From a virus, in the IMG/VR virus record IMGVR_UViG_3300029241_000080: a stretch of 32,038 nt of DNA. One strand, given 5' to 3'. The notes below the pieces were generated by a model. That model was not told the DNA's origin, ran no database searches, and saw only the letters and a list, made by a program, of their open reading frames with translations. The position numbers and the translations under genes were made by a program. This document shows, piece by piece, positions 8,369 to 17,087 of the stretch (positions are counted from its first letter, which is position 1; the number at the start of each line of letters is the position of its first letter).

Positions 8369-8951
8369 GCGTCCACCTCCTCTTGCCGCCCGAAGGTGCT
8401 GCGCAGCCCGTCCACATCCGGCTCAGTCTGCTCCAGTCTCCAGGCGTTATCCAGATACTCGCGGCCGTCCGCCGACTGCAGCTTGCGCGCAATAAAGGCG
8501 TCGCGCAGCAGCAGCAGATAGTCGTCCAGCAGCAGATCGCAGACGTCCGGCAGAGTCATGTTGGCATACTGTGCCACCAGATGCTCGCCGACTGTTTCGA
8601 TCGTGTAGTGGCATCCCGTACCATCTCCGTCATCGGGATAGTACGGGATGGTCAGTTTTTTGCCTTGGTCGCCCCCGCGACAAAGTCCGAGTATGCGGCA
8701 AAAAAGCCGACGAGATCGTCAAAGGCAAAAAGCCCGGCGACCTCCTTGGGCGTAAGCGTCGCGCCCGTGCGGTTGCAGTTAAGGATGTCGCAGACGATAT
8801 CGATCATCTCATCCACGCCCGCACTGTCCTGCATAGCCGTCATCCGTTTAAAAACGCTCAGCGGCGGCACGGTCAGCAGCAGCTCGCGGCCGTCCTGCAG
8901 CTCCAGCGTAAAGATTGCCTTGTGCTGGCCAAGTGTAAAGCGATTTGTCAT
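8365..8951 (-). CDS. Tail assembly chaperone, -1 frameshift fusion (gpGT-like)
   Basis: After a -1 slip on A_AAA_AAC (8661..8655) the frame stays open to the stop at 8365. It runs through CTG ACC ATC CCG... into the 8365..8577 track ORF, and its end overlaps the TMP start. Confidence 0.75.
8652..8951 (-). CDS. Tail assembly chaperone (gpG-like, zero-frame product)
   Basis: 99-aa ORF between the major tail and tape measure genes. It ends GCA AAA AAC TGA, which contains a slippery heptamer. Confidence 0.8.
   Translation of the reverse strand: MTNRFTLGQHKAIFTLELQDGRELLLTVPPLSVFKRMTAMQDSAGVDEMIDIVCDILNCNRTGATLTPKEVAGLFAFDDLVGFFAAYSDFVAGATKAKN
8655..8661 (-). promoter_or_regulatory. -1 programmed ribosomal frameshift slippery site A_AAA_AAC
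   Basis: The heptamer lies immediately before the gpG-like stop codon. Five nt downstream is a 9-bp stem, ATCCCGTAC/GTACGGGAT (8649..8641 pairing with 8621..8613). Confidence 0.75.
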
Positions 8952-9514
8952 GCCGTGTACACCTCATCGTAGTAGATCAGCGTGCCCTCCGCGTCCATCG
9001 GGTCGGCAGCAAACTCCGCGTCGATCACGGTCTCCTTGTCTTTCACAAAGGCGATCTCAAAGCCCGACTGGTTTTTGCCGACGATGCGCACGTAAAGCTC
9101 GCGCTTGCCGTCCTTGTCAGCGTGCTTAAAGCACAGCACGTACTTTTTGCCGTCGGCGTTGTCGACGCCGCCGATCTTAACGGATCGCTTCGCGGGTTTT
9201 CCGCTCGCTGCGTCGGTCTCCGTCACGCGCGCCGTCGCGCTGAGCTTGGCCAGCGTGTTGCCGTCCCACGTCATCACGCCGGACTTAAGCGTCACCTCTT
9301 CGGCGGTGATCACAGTCTTGGACACAAGTCCAAGATCGTCCTTTGCGGTGTAAAAAGTCGGCTTGTACGACAGCGTCGCGCCGCCGGAGATGTAGCCCAG
9401 GATGTTGTCGTCCGTGCAGATCGCCTCGGTCTCCGGAACGGCCGTGCCGGTATATTCCTGCGCGTAAAGCTTGCCGGATCCCAGCGTGATATCTTTGCGC
9501 TTACTAAGTGCCAT
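8948..9514 (-). CDS. Major tail protein
   Basis: 188 aa starting at ATG 9514, with GAAAGGA upstream. It lies just upstream of the chaperone pair and has a beta-rich sequence (GSGKLYAQEYTG...) typical of siphovirus major tail proteins. The track ORF start at 9583 overlaps the previous gene. Confidence 0.8.
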   Translation of the reverse strand: MALSKRKDITLGSGKLYAQEYTGTAVPETEAICTDDNILGYISGGATLSYKPTFYTAKDDLGLVSKTVITAEEVTLKSGVMTWDGNTLAKLSATARVTETDAASGKPAKRSVKIGGVDNADGKKYVLCFKHADKDGKRELYVRIVGKNQSGFEIAFVKDKETVIDAEFAADPMDAEGTLIYYDEVYTA

Positions 9515-9516
9515 AG

Positions 9517-9834
9517 TCAAAATCCTTTCTCGGTGTACGTAAAGTCGTACACCGTCATAAAAAAGTGCTCCGTGTCGATCCACTCGCGCTCCTGCCGGAC
9601 GTACTCGATGCCGAGCGCGTCGAGCCGCCGGCCGATCTGGTCCTCCAGCTCCGGCACCGGCTTGCGCGCGTAGAGCTCCACGCTGATGTCGTGGTCGGTG
9701 ATGCCGTTATACAGGTCAGCGCCGCGGCGCTCGATGTGATCGTGATACACGGCATACGGCAGCTCCGGCGGCATCGCCCAGACTGTCTCCGTGTATCGGA
9801 TGCCCTCCAGCACCTCCGGGATGATATCAGCCAC
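9517..9834 (-). CDS. Tail completion / neck protein (head-tail joining module)
   Basis: 105-aa ORF in the conserved position between the gp10-like gene and the major tail gene. The assignment is by synteny only. Confidence 0.5.
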   Translation of the reverse strand: MADIIPEVLEGIRYTETVWAMPPELPYAVYHDHIERRGADLYNGITDHDISVELYARKPVPELEDQIGRRLDALGIEYVRQEREWIDTEHFFMTVYDFTYTEKGF

Positions 9835-10216
9835 CGCTTACCGCCTCCTTTACCGCCTCGAGGTACTCATCGATTACTTGCTTTTTTGCGTAGTCCAAAA
9901 AGTGCGTGCCAGGCACGCGCCCGCCGTTGACTTTTGCATGGCCGTCGTTAAGTAGATGCGTCAGCATCGCACGGTCTCCGCGCACATACCACTTTTTTGC
10001 ATAGTTGCTCGGCGTGTCAGCGGAGACTTTTGATGATATGCTTTTTGCATACTTGCCCGTGCGCCGTGGCGCGGTCGCCTTTGTGATGTGCACCAGCTTG
10101 CGCATGGCGTCGTCCACCAGCGCGCGCATCTTGCTCATCACGTCCGCGTTATACTCGTCAAGCACGCCGGAGATCGCTTTGTCCAGCGTGGATATCGTGA
10201 CTGTGACCTCCTGCAT
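9827..10216 (-). CDS. HK97 gp10-family head-tail joining protein
   Basis: 129 aa containing ...APRRTGKYAKSIS... and ...LLNDGH..., which resembles the HK97-gp10-like family. Position in the neck module is consistent. Confidence 0.65.
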   Translation of the reverse strand: MQEVTVTISTLDKAISGVLDEYNADVMSKMRALVDDAMRKLVHITKATAPRRTGKYAKSISSKVSADTPSNYAKKWYVRGDRAMLTHLLNDGHAKVNGGRVPGTHFLDYAKKQVIDEYLEAVKEAVSGG

Positions 10217-10223
10217 GCGTCCG

Positions 10224-10490
10224 TCACCTCACCACGATCTCAAGCCCGCCGTCCCGCGTCTCGTAGGTGCGCTCGACGATGTAGCGCCGGCCGCCATACT
10301 CGACAAATCGCTGGCCGTCATAGTCGCGCCAGTCGGCCAGCAGGAACTGCACCGACGGGTGCAGGCCAACGGCGGCCGCCTGGTAGTGCTCGGCGCGCGT
10401 GATGCTTTCGCGCCGGCAAAAAACCTCGTGGCTGCCGACGTCGTTGCCGCGCTCGTCGATCGCTACCAGCGTGATGATATCATCGTACAC
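10224..10490 (-). CDS. Head closure / head-tail adaptor protein
   Basis: 88 aa with a GTG start at 10490 and AAGGAGGGG upstream. Size, and position after the gp6-like connector gene, fit SPP1 gp16 / HK97 gp9-type proteins. Confidence 0.6.
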   Translation of the reverse strand: MYDDIITLVAIDERGNDVGSHEVFCRRESITRAEHYQAAAVGLHPSVQFLLADWRDYDGQRFVEYGGRRYIVERTYETRDGGLEIVVR

Positions 10491-10511
10491 ACGTGCCCCT
10501 CCTTTGCAGGT

Positions 10512-10528
10512 GTGTCCAAAATGGACAC
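10512..10528. repeat. 17-bp palindrome GTGTCCA-AAA-TGGACAC, copy b (intergenic)
   Basis: Exact match. The arms extend to 13 bp (10506-10534). It lies 7 nt upstream of the SD of the head-closure gene. Confidence 0.95.
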
Positions 10529-10544
10529 ACCTGCGCGTAGTTTT

Positions 10545-10832
10545 TTAGCCCTGCATCCGCTGCTTGCAGAGCCGATTGTTAATTTTTGCCCGCAGGTAGC
10601 GCGGCATTGCCAGTGTCGGCTGCTGCCTGCGCTCGTGCAGGTGCGCGGCGTACATCTCCAGCAGCAGCCGGTCGCCGGGGTCGTCCATATCCAGGACGAC
10701 GCCCTCGGTGCGCAGCATCTTGCCGGCGGCGGCGATCAGCGCCGCAAAGTACTCGTCGCGCTTGGTGTGCGTCACGCCGAGGTCGGCCTTGAGCAGCGCA
10801 AGCACCGTCTCGGCCGAGCTGACGTCCGCCAT
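10545..10832 (-). CDS. Head-tail connector protein (gp6-like)
   Basis: 95 aa immediately after the capsid gene, with a TAATG overlap. The helical N-terminus (LLKADLGVTHTKRDEYFAALIAAA) is typical of the Phage_connect_1 family. Confidence 0.65.
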   Translation of the reverse strand: MADVSSAETVLALLKADLGVTHTKRDEYFAALIAAAGKMLRTEGVVLDMDDPGDRLLLEMYAAHLHERRQQPTLAMPRYLRAKINNRLCKQRMQG

Positions 10833-12280
10833 TAGTCGCTGCCGCCAGCGGGCGGCGTGGACTGCGTCGTGTTGGCCGCGTCAGACGCAAAGGTCAGGCT
10901 GGTGGTCGCCGCCGTGTTGTCGTAGCGGACGATCACAAACGCCTCGCCGCGCACCGGCTTGCCATCGTAGCGGGCGGTCGCCTTAAACGCAGTCTGGTCC
11001 TCGATAAATTTGACCTCCGTGGACTGCTCGATGGTCGTGCCCTCGCGCTCGGCCAGCAGATACAGATCCATGTAGCCGCCGATGATCTCGTTGTCCGGCA
11101 CAAAGTCCAGCTCGACGATTTTGCCGCCGATGATCGGCATCTCGGACGTCACGCCGGCGGTCAGGGCCGCCGCGCTGTTAAAGGCAAGCGCCTTGCACTG
11201 CAGCGCCACGTGCGTCTTGTGATTGCACACCCACACCGGCGTGCCGTTGGAGTACTTGGGATCGGCAGCGCCCAGCGCGCCGATGAGATCGGCGTAAAAC
11301 TCCGCGCCGTTTTTGGCGGCGGAGTTGGCCTTGATGACGTTGGTCGTCGCAAGCGCCGTAAAAGTGCCCTGGTTGGTGCCCCACCATGCTGGCTGCTCGG
11401 CGGCGGCCAGTCTGGTCGCAATGCCGACCGGCATCTTGGTGCCCGTGCCAAAAAGGATGGCCTTGTCCAGCGCGTAGCCAATCGCCTGGCCGAGCTGGTC
11501 AAGGATCTCGGTCGCCAGGCCGATGTTGTCGTCGTCCTCCAGGTAGCAGTTGGAGACAAAGACGTAGCCGCCGACCTTGTAGCCGTCGGTCTCGATCTGG
11601 CTGATGGAGACGGTCAGATCGTTGAGCGTGCCGACCATCTCCGTCCACACGGCCTCCGGCACAGTGCCGACGACGTTCTGGCGCGCCTTGCCGCGCACCT
11701 GGCGCAGGCGGGTGTAGCCGATCAGCTTGCTGTATCTGTTGATGTTGTCGCGGATGATGTCCAGCATCACCTCCGGGATGCCGAGCGCGGCGCCGGACAC
11801 GGCGCGCTGCTGGCCAAGCATCTCACGGGTGCGGGTCAAAAATGCGGTGACGTCATCGCGGGCAAAAAATGCGTCGCGCTGGGCGTAGGTCATGCCGTAA
11901 AAGCGGCTGCGGGCATCGCCGCCCGCGGTGTTGGTAGGCATAGTGTTGTGTGCTCCTCTCTCAGTGTGATGTGTGGGGTTGGTGTGGGCCGCGCTGCGGG
12001 CCTCGGCGGCGTTGGCTTCGGCGGCCTCGATCTGCTCGGTCAGGCTCGCGGCATCCGCCTCGGCGGCCTCGATGTCTGCCGTCACCTTGTCGCGGTCCGC
12101 CTCAAACTCGCCGATTGCCGTCTCGCAGGCGGCACGCTCGTCGTCGGTCTGGGCCGCCTCGATGTCTGCGGCCAGCTCGCTCTCGCGGGTCTCCAGCGCC
12201 GCGGCCTGCTCACGCAGCTGTGCAAGCGTCGCGTTGACGGCGGACAGCTTATTGCGCAGCAGCAGTACTTTAAGTGCCAT
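10832..12280 (-). CDS. Major capsid protein, HK97 family, with N-terminal delta/scaffolding-like coiled coil
   Basis: 482 aa. The first about 110 aa are a coiled coil rich in Ala and Glu. The remainder shows HK97-fold capsid features (GYVFVSNCYLEDD, DKAILFGTGTKMPVGI). The gene follows the prohead protease. Confidence 0.92.
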   Translation of the reverse strand: MALKVLLLRNKLSAVNATLAQLREQAAALETRESELAADIEAAQTDDERAACETAIGEFEADRDKVTADIEAAEADAASLTEQIEAAEANAAEARSAAHTNPTHHTERGAHNTMPTNTAGGDARSRFYGMTYAQRDAFFARDDVTAFLTRTREMLGQQRAVSGAALGIPEVMLDIIRDNINRYSKLIGYTRLRQVRGKARQNVVGTVPEAVWTEMVGTLNDLTVSISQIETDGYKVGGYVFVSNCYLEDDDNIGLATEILDQLGQAIGYALDKAILFGTGTKMPVGIATRLAAAEQPAWWGTNQGTFTALATTNVIKANSAAKNGAEFYADLIGALGAADPKYSNGTPVWVCNHKTHVALQCKALAFNSAAALTAGVTSEMPIIGGKIVELDFVPDNEIIGGYMDLYLLAEREGTTIEQSTEVKFIEDQTAFKATARYDGKPVRGEAFVIVRYDNTAATTSLTFASDAANTTQSTPPAGGSD

Positions 12281-12872
12281 GGTTGTCTCCTCCTGTCAGT
12301 CTGGTTTTCATCTTGGTTTTCCACGCCTCGGCCTGCCGGCGCTGGATCTCGGCGAGATCCGCATGGCGGGCTTTGACGGCGGTCTCCTCGTAGGCCGGGA
12401 AAGTAACGACGGAGACCTCATACAGCGGATTTACCTTTGTGATCTCCCAGCGGCACTTTCCGCCGCCGAGATCCACAAAGGTCTCCTCCTCGATATCAAA
12501 GCCAAACGAGCACTGGTCGACGTCACCGCGCTGGACGCGCGCATAGAGGCTCATGGCGTCGGTGTCGGCTCGATTGATTTTGATGCTGCCCCAAAGGCCG
12601 CGCGAATCCTCGCGCAGCTCCAGCGTGCCTGCTTTTGTGCGGCCAAGCACAAGCCGCGTGTCGTGGTCGATCAGGGCGCGGATGTCGCCGGACAGGCATC
12701 CGGCAAAAGCGCCCGGCTTGACGATCTCCGTCGCGTCGTCCCACAAAGTGTACGGGCTGTCAAAGACGGCAAAGTATCCCTCGATGATCAGCTCGTCTCC
12801 GTCCTCCCGTGTGCAAAACTGCTGCGGGATGCTCCGCAGCTGCCGGCCGTGCCGGCTGTTAATATCAGGCAT
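12270..12872 (-). CDS. Prohead protease, HK97 family (S78/U35)
   Basis: 200 aa with GYFAVFDSPY...IVKPGAFAG...ALIDHD...LGR...L.L.ED..GL, typical of HK97 prohead proteases. It lies between the portal and capsid genes. Confidence 0.9.
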   Translation of the reverse strand: MPDINSRHGRQLRSIPQQFCTREDGDELIIEGYFAVFDSPYTLWDDATEIVKPGAFAGCLSGDIRALIDHDTRLVLGRTKAGTLELREDSRGLWGSIKINRADTDAMSLYARVQRGDVDQCSFGFDIEEETFVDLGGGKCRWEITKVNPLYEVSVVTFPAYEETAVKARHADLAEIQRRQAEAWKTKMKTRLTGGDNHGT

Positions 12873-14058
12873 CTGTGCCCTCCTTCTGCTGATCCTGGAT
12901 CAGCTTTTTTTGATCGCCGATCATGCCGGCGGGGATGTAGTTTTCCAGCATGACGAGCTGGTCGAGGTCCTTTTTGGGCGTCATGCCCAGCCAGTCGCGC
13001 ACCTCGTTGCCGGTCATCAGGCCGCGCACATACAGGTCGCACGCGACCGACGACAGGTCGGCCATGCTATAGGCATACAGGCTGCGCGGATTGAGGCGGA
13101 AATACCGGGACGGCGAGAGCAGCAGCTTTTTGGTCAGCTCCTGCTGGATGGCCGTGGCGATCTCCATCACCGTCGAGCGCACGTAGTTGTTGTAGGCGTC
13201 CTGGTCATAGTCCCCGACGCCCAGCAAAAACGCCGGGACATGCATCACGCTGGCCACCGTGCGCTTGTCCAGCGTCACGGCGTCGTTGATTGCCAGGTCC
13301 TGCAGCGACAGAGGCTTGATCTGCTGCACGTCCATCAGGTCGGCCTGCACCACCCACGGCTCGCCGGCCTCGTCGGTGCTCAGGTAGTCGTCCAAAAATT
13401 TGCGGCGGCCCTCCTTGCCTGCAAACTCCTCGGCGATGCCGTCCACGCGGACGATAATGGAGGGCTTCCACTTCTCGGACATAAAGCCTTTCTTGGTCGC
13501 TGCGGCCTGCTTAAGGCCCGCGGCCACGTCGCGCAGCTGCACCCGGTAGCCGGTGCCGCGCCACGGATAGGTCAAGTCCGGGTGGAGCACAAAGTGCAGC
13601 ACCTCGTCCGGCGCAAAACTGCGCCCGCGCCACTGCACGACGTAGCTGTCGCCGACCGGCTGCGCGGTTGCATCCGGCATCGGCATCAGGTCGTCCAGAT
13701 AACCGTTGGTCGTCACTGGCAGCACAAAGGCGTTGCCATCGCCGGTTGTCAGCATCGTGCGCACGATCCACTCGACCCACGTCTTGCGTGTGGTCAGACC
13801 GTAGGGGTTGATATCCACCTTGGTCGCCAGCGCATCGCGCACGCGCATGTCGCCCGCCTTGGTGTTTTCCATCAGGTGGATGGTCATGCTGGAGACGCTG
13901 CCGGCGATCGCATCGACCGCCGCGGCGACCTCCGGGCAGTCGATCAGCCGGGTGTAGCCGGGCACCTGCATCGCAGACCCGTCGCTGCCGACGATCCACC
14001 CGGTCAGGCCGCCGACACTTCGCTTTTTGGCCGCCTTGCGGCCCGCGAAAAGTCTCAT
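12865..14058 (-). CDS. Portal protein, HK97 family
   Basis: 397 aa in the canonical position after TerL, with portal-like motifs (VDINPYGLTTRKTWVEWIV, NGYLDDL). GAGGAG lies 8 nt upstream of ATG 14058. Confidence 0.9.
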   Translation of the reverse strand: MRLFAGRKAAKKRSVGGLTGWIVGSDGSAMQVPGYTRLIDCPEVAAAVDAIAGSVSSMTIHLMENTKAGDMRVRDALATKVDINPYGLTTRKTWVEWIVRTMLTTGDGNAFVLPVTTNGYLDDLMPMPDATAQPVGDSYVVQWRGRSFAPDEVLHFVLHPDLTYPWRGTGYRVQLRDVAAGLKQAAATKKGFMSEKWKPSIIVRVDGIAEEFAGKEGRRKFLDDYLSTDEAGEPWVVQADLMDVQQIKPLSLQDLAINDAVTLDKRTVASVMHVPAFLLGVGDYDQDAYNNYVRSTVMEIATAIQQELTKKLLLSPSRYFRLNPRSLYAYSMADLSSVACDLYVRGLMTGNEVRDWLGMTPKKDLDQLVMLENYIPAGMIGDQKKLIQDQQKEGTDA

Positions 14059-14070
14059 ATCTCACGCTCC

Positions 14071-15846
14071 TCACGCAAACCAGCCAAGGTCTTTGGCTGC
14101 TTTTTCGCTGTTTTCAAGCATCCGGATCGCCGCAAAGACGGACGCATCAAAGACATCGATGCGCAGCGTCGGCTCGATCTTTTCATACTGGATCATGTCG
14201 TCCGTTTTTTCGATCGCTCGGACATTTTGCACGCAGTACTCATACGGCTCGGCGCGCAGATAGTACAGCAGGCCGTTTTTTGCCGCGGCCTCGATATGCC
14301 GGAAGCCCTCCGACTTTTTGTAAAAGTACTGCGGCTGGTCGATGATCTTAAAGCCGGCCTTTTTCATGCCGGCGAAGTACTCGCGGCAGAATTTTCGGTC
14401 GTGCCCGACCTCGGCGATCTTAAAGCCCATCTGCCGCATCCGCACAAACCAAGCGACGATCTCCGCGTGGTTGACGGACTTGTCGTTGCTCATGCTCAGC
14501 CAGCCGTCCTCCTGCCAGCCAAACAGCGGAATGTTGTCCTCCTCGGCCTTGACGGCCGCTGCCGTGATCGGGAACCAGCAGTGCGGGATGATGATGTTGA
14601 TGCCCTGATACACGCCATACAGGCAGGCGGCCGTCAGGTCGTGCATCTTGGACAGATCGGCGCCGCCGTACCACTTGATCGGCAGCTTCGCCAGTTCCTC
14701 GATCGTCCAGTGATATTTGGCATCCGACGCCCGAAACTCCGCAATGTTAAAGTAGGCCTTCATGGCCGAGGTATAGACATTCAGCGACTTTGCAAAAAAG
14801 TCCTTGCGCTGCTGCGGGTCGTTTTGCGCCTGCAGCGCGTCGGTCATGATGTCGTTCGGCCGGATGGACTCCCCGTAGGCGGGGTTGGCCATGCGCTGCA
14901 CGTCGGCGTTGGTGTAGTCCACGTTCCCGGACTCATCGACCGGCGCAGCCGCGATAAAGACAAACAGCGCATCCGCGTCCGCGGACTTGATCGTGCCGTT
15001 GAGGATCTGCCGGCAGTACTTAAGCCTGTGGCCGCAAAAGCTGTTTTCGCGGTCGCCGGCCGTGGAGATGCCGATGACGAGCTTGTTGGTGTACGCCTTG
15101 GTCGCCTCCTTGAGCACGTTGTACTGCTTTGGCGACTTGTAGGCGTGCAGCTCGTCGGCGATGATGATGTTGGCGTTAAAACTGTCCTGCTGATCCGGAT
15201 TGGATGCCAGCGCGTTGATGTAGATAGATCCGTCGCCGACCGTGCCGGAGATGCTGCGCTCGGCGTTGTTGTCCAGGATGCGCATCCCGTTTGGGTCGTC
15301 GTCCTGGGACAGGCCAAGCCGCCGGACGTTGTAGGCCAAAAAGCCGAAAGACTCCAGCGACTGCTTGAGCGCAGCAGACACGATGTATACCTTGGACCCG
15401 GACGGCGACTCGATCAGCGCCAACGCCCAGGCGAGCGCGGCCGCAAAGGTCGTCTTGATGTTTTTGCGCGGTACAAAGATGAACGCCTCCTTAAAGCGGC
15501 GCTCCGACGTGTCGCGGAGATAAAAGCCGAGCAGGTTGTACACGCAAAACTTATGGTACGGCAGCAGCAAAAACGGCTGCCCGCGCAGCGGCGTCGCATC
15601 CAGGCGCTGCCCCTGCTGGTGGCACAGCATAGTCTCGATCAGCTCGATTGCGTACTCCGCCTCGGCCGGCCGAAAATCCCAGCGCTGGTCGGCAAGGTCC
15701 GCGACGAAGCGCTCGCACGCCTGCCGGATATCCGGGCAGGCAAGGATCGTCCCGTCCAAGCAGCCGGTGACGTAGGCAAGGACGTCCGCGGCGTTGCGGT
15801 GATTGCCGAGCTGCGTGCGCAGCAGGTCTGCACCCGCGCCGGTCAT
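14071..15846 (-). CDS. terL: Terminase large subunit
   Basis: 591 aa with a Terminase_1-like layout: a Walker A-like region ([18 protein letters not shown]), [10 protein letters not shown], and a C-terminal nuclease part. ATGA overlap with the terS stop. Confidence 0.93.
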   Translation of the reverse strand: MTGAGADLLRTQLGNHRNAADVLAYVTGCLDGTILACPDIRQACERFVADLADQRWDFRPAEAEYAIELIETMLCHQQGQRLDATPLRGQPFLLLPYHKFCVYNLLGFYLRDTSERRFKEAFIFVPRKNIKTTFAAALAWALALIESPSGSKVYIVSAALKQSLESFGFLAYNVRRLGLSQDDDPNGMRILDNNAERSISGTVGDGSIYINALASNPDQQDSFNANIIIADELHAYKSPKQYNVLKEATKAYTNKLVIGISTAGDRENSFCGHRLKYCRQILNGTIKSADADALFVFIAAAPVDESGNVDYTNADVQRMANPAYGESIRPNDIMTDALQAQNDPQQRKDFFAKSLNVYTSAMKAYFNIAEFRASDAKYHWTIEELAKLPIKWYGGADLSKMHDLTAACLYGVYQGINIIIPHCWFPITAAAVKAEEDNIPLFGWQEDGWLSMSNDKSVNHAEIVAWFVRMRQMGFKIAEVGHDRKFCREYFAGMKKAGFKIIDQPQYFYKKSEGFRHIEAAAKNGLLYYLRAEPYEYCVQNVRAIEKTDDMIQYEKIEPTLRIDVFDASVFAAIRMLENSEKAAKDLGWFA

Positions 15847-16214
15847 TTCCCGGCCCTCTCTCGTGCCTCGGCAAGTGCGCGCTCCAGCGCGGTCGGTCCG
15901 GTCGGAGCCGCCTTTGCGTTGCCGAGCACGCGCCGCTGGCCGGTCGGCGTCAGGCCAAGCTGCGCCGAGATGTCGACGATCTGCCCGCGCAGCCCCTCGA
16001 CCACGGAGTAGTACGGATCTTTTACAGCGTTGGTCGCTCCGCTCTTGTTGGTGTACTCTGTCACAAACTCGCCGCCGTTCGCGCGCCAGTCGCGCTCGGC
16101 CTTTGCAAGCTCTGTCTGGATGCGGGCGAGCGTCTTGATGATCGGCTCAAAGGCCTGGTTGTAAGTCCCCGCGAGCCTCATGTTCTCGCGGATCGCATCC
16201 TCGCGCTTGCTCAT
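15843..16214 (-). CDS. terS: Terminase small subunit, P27 family
   Basis: 123 aa. ...[34 protein letters not shown]... matches the P27-family TerS pattern. It lies directly upstream of terL. Confidence 0.85.
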   Translation of the reverse strand: MSKREDAIRENMRLAGTYNQAFEPIIKTLARIQTELAKAERDWRANGGEFVTEYTNKSGATNAVKDPYYSVVEGLRGQIVDISAQLGLTPTGQRRVLGNAKAAPTGPTALERALAEARERAGK

Positions 16215-16432
16215 GTCTCACGCTCCTTTTGTGTCCACTTTGGACACGCTCCCGGCCGCTGTTTGGCCGGGAAAGTTTCGCTTTTTCGCGCAAAATCTGC
16301 GCGTCCCGAAAAATTCGCCTCCAAGGTTTCCGTGCGCGCGCCCGATTGCTTTGTTCCCGCGCGATCCCCCCGCGCCGAAAACTCGGCGCGGTTGGAGAGA
16401 GTTCCCGGTGCCGGTCTTTGGAGACCGGCCAA
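16215..16432. other. Non-coding packaging region, candidate cos site
   Basis: 218-bp ORF-free gap between the HNH and terS genes. It is rich in short hairpins (CCGGCC-N7-GGCCGG, CGCGCCGA-N4-TCGGCGCG, CCGGTCT-N4-AGACCGG), contains repeated TTTT-CGCGC-type motifs, and ends in a G8 run. Confidence 0.5.
16231..16247. repeat. 17-bp palindrome GTGTCCA-CTT-TGGACAC, copy c (abutting the terS SD)
   Basis: Exact match. In minus sense it reads GTGTCCAAAGTGGACAC-AAAAGGAG-8 nt-ATG(terS). Confidence 0.95.
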
Positions 16433-16735
16433 TCAAGGCCGCTGGTGGGGGGGCTTGCGCTGATCGGCGCGCCTCCGCCACTGCTCGCCCAGCGCCGTCA
16501 GCAGATCGCTGCCGCGATCATGCATCGCGTCGTGGCACTGTGCGCAAAGGGATACAAGATTCCAGCGCTCCCACGCCAGATCCGGGTACATCCCTGCCGG
16601 GTAGCAGTGGTGCACAGTCGTCGCCGCGCGGTGCTTGCCATAGCGCAGGCACTGCTGGCACAGGTAGCCATCGCGCCGCAGGATGCGCGCGCGCAGAGTC
16701 GTCCATCGCTTGTTCGCGTAAATGCCGGTCGCCAT
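16433..16735 (-). CDS. HNH endonuclease (terminase-associated)
   Basis: 100 aa with CQQC...HHCYP...WNLVSLCAQCHDAMH, an HNH/zinc-finger pattern. The HNH-cos-terS-terL order is typical of HK97-like cos phages. Confidence 0.9.
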   Translation of the reverse strand: MATGIYANKRWTTLRARILRRDGYLCQQCLRYGKHRAATTVHHCYPAGMYPDLAWERWNLVSLCAQCHDAMHDRGSDLLTALGEQWRRRADQRKPPHQRP

Positions 16736-16773
16736 AACGGGCTATCACCTCCGAGACGCCCGGCGATCTGCGC

Positions 16774-16834
16774 AAAATAAAAAACGCCCGAGCGACTGAC
16801 ACACATTGCTGCGTAATCAGATCGCTCAGGCGTT
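16774..16834 (-). terminator. Rho-independent terminator (minus-strand sense) upstream of the HNH/packaging operon
   Basis: A 13-bp stem pairs 16834..16822 with 16795..16783. It contains one position that is a G-U pair only in the minus-sense RNA and a C-A mismatch in plus sense. The stem is followed by UUUUAUUUU. Confidence 0.6.
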
Positions 16835-17017
16835 ATCGCTCAGGCGTATGCGGTTGTAGTCGACGATCGTCGTCCGTCTGCACCGGTGGCAGTATAGCGG
16901 AAAGTTGAGCACCACCGTGTCCGGCAGGATGACGACGCGCGTCACTGCTTGGCACACTGGGCACACGGCCCGGTTGCCTTGCACTATCATTTTACTGCTT
17001 TTGCAATCCTTTTGCAA
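16826..17017 (-). CDS. Cysteine-rich KTR domain protein (zinc ribbon)
   Basis: CPVC...TR..ILPDT.VLNFPLYCHRC...T.V matches the Cys_rich_KTR pattern common in Clostridia. The start is TTG 17017 with GGAGGG 6 nt upstream; ATG 16990 is the alternative. Confidence 0.75.
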   Translation of the reverse strand: MQKDCKSSKMIVQGNRAVCPVCQAVTRVVILPDTVVLNFPLYCHRCRRTTIVDYNRIRLSDNA

Positions 17018-17087
17018 GTAAATCCCTCCATTTTGTTTGGGCTGCGTCTAAAGATATACACAACCCCAAGACAGATAATATAGGCAT

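Noticed and set aside
9317-9334. Palindrome CTTGGAC-ACAA-GTCCAAG in the major tail gene, and half-site matches such as ATGGACACCGC near 604-612 and TTGGACAC at 6713-6720
   Set aside because: They share pentamers with the 17-bp palindrome but have a different arrangement or only one arm. They are single occurrences, compatible with chance or codon constraints, and were not counted as copies.
12553-16011. 1152-aa plus-strand ORF spanning the protease, portal and terminase region
   Set aside because: It is antisense to four well-supported minus-strand genes (protease, portal, TerL, TerS). Its composition is Arg/Ala/Gly/Val-rich and low in complexity, and it has no recognisable motifs. This is a typical stop-free antisense frame in high-GC DNA.
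16231-16247. The palindrome next to terS as the cos cleavage site itself
   Set aside because: The identical sequence occurs five more times around the genome. A terminase nicking site repeated six times would fragment the genome, so cos is more likely elsewhere in 16248-16432.
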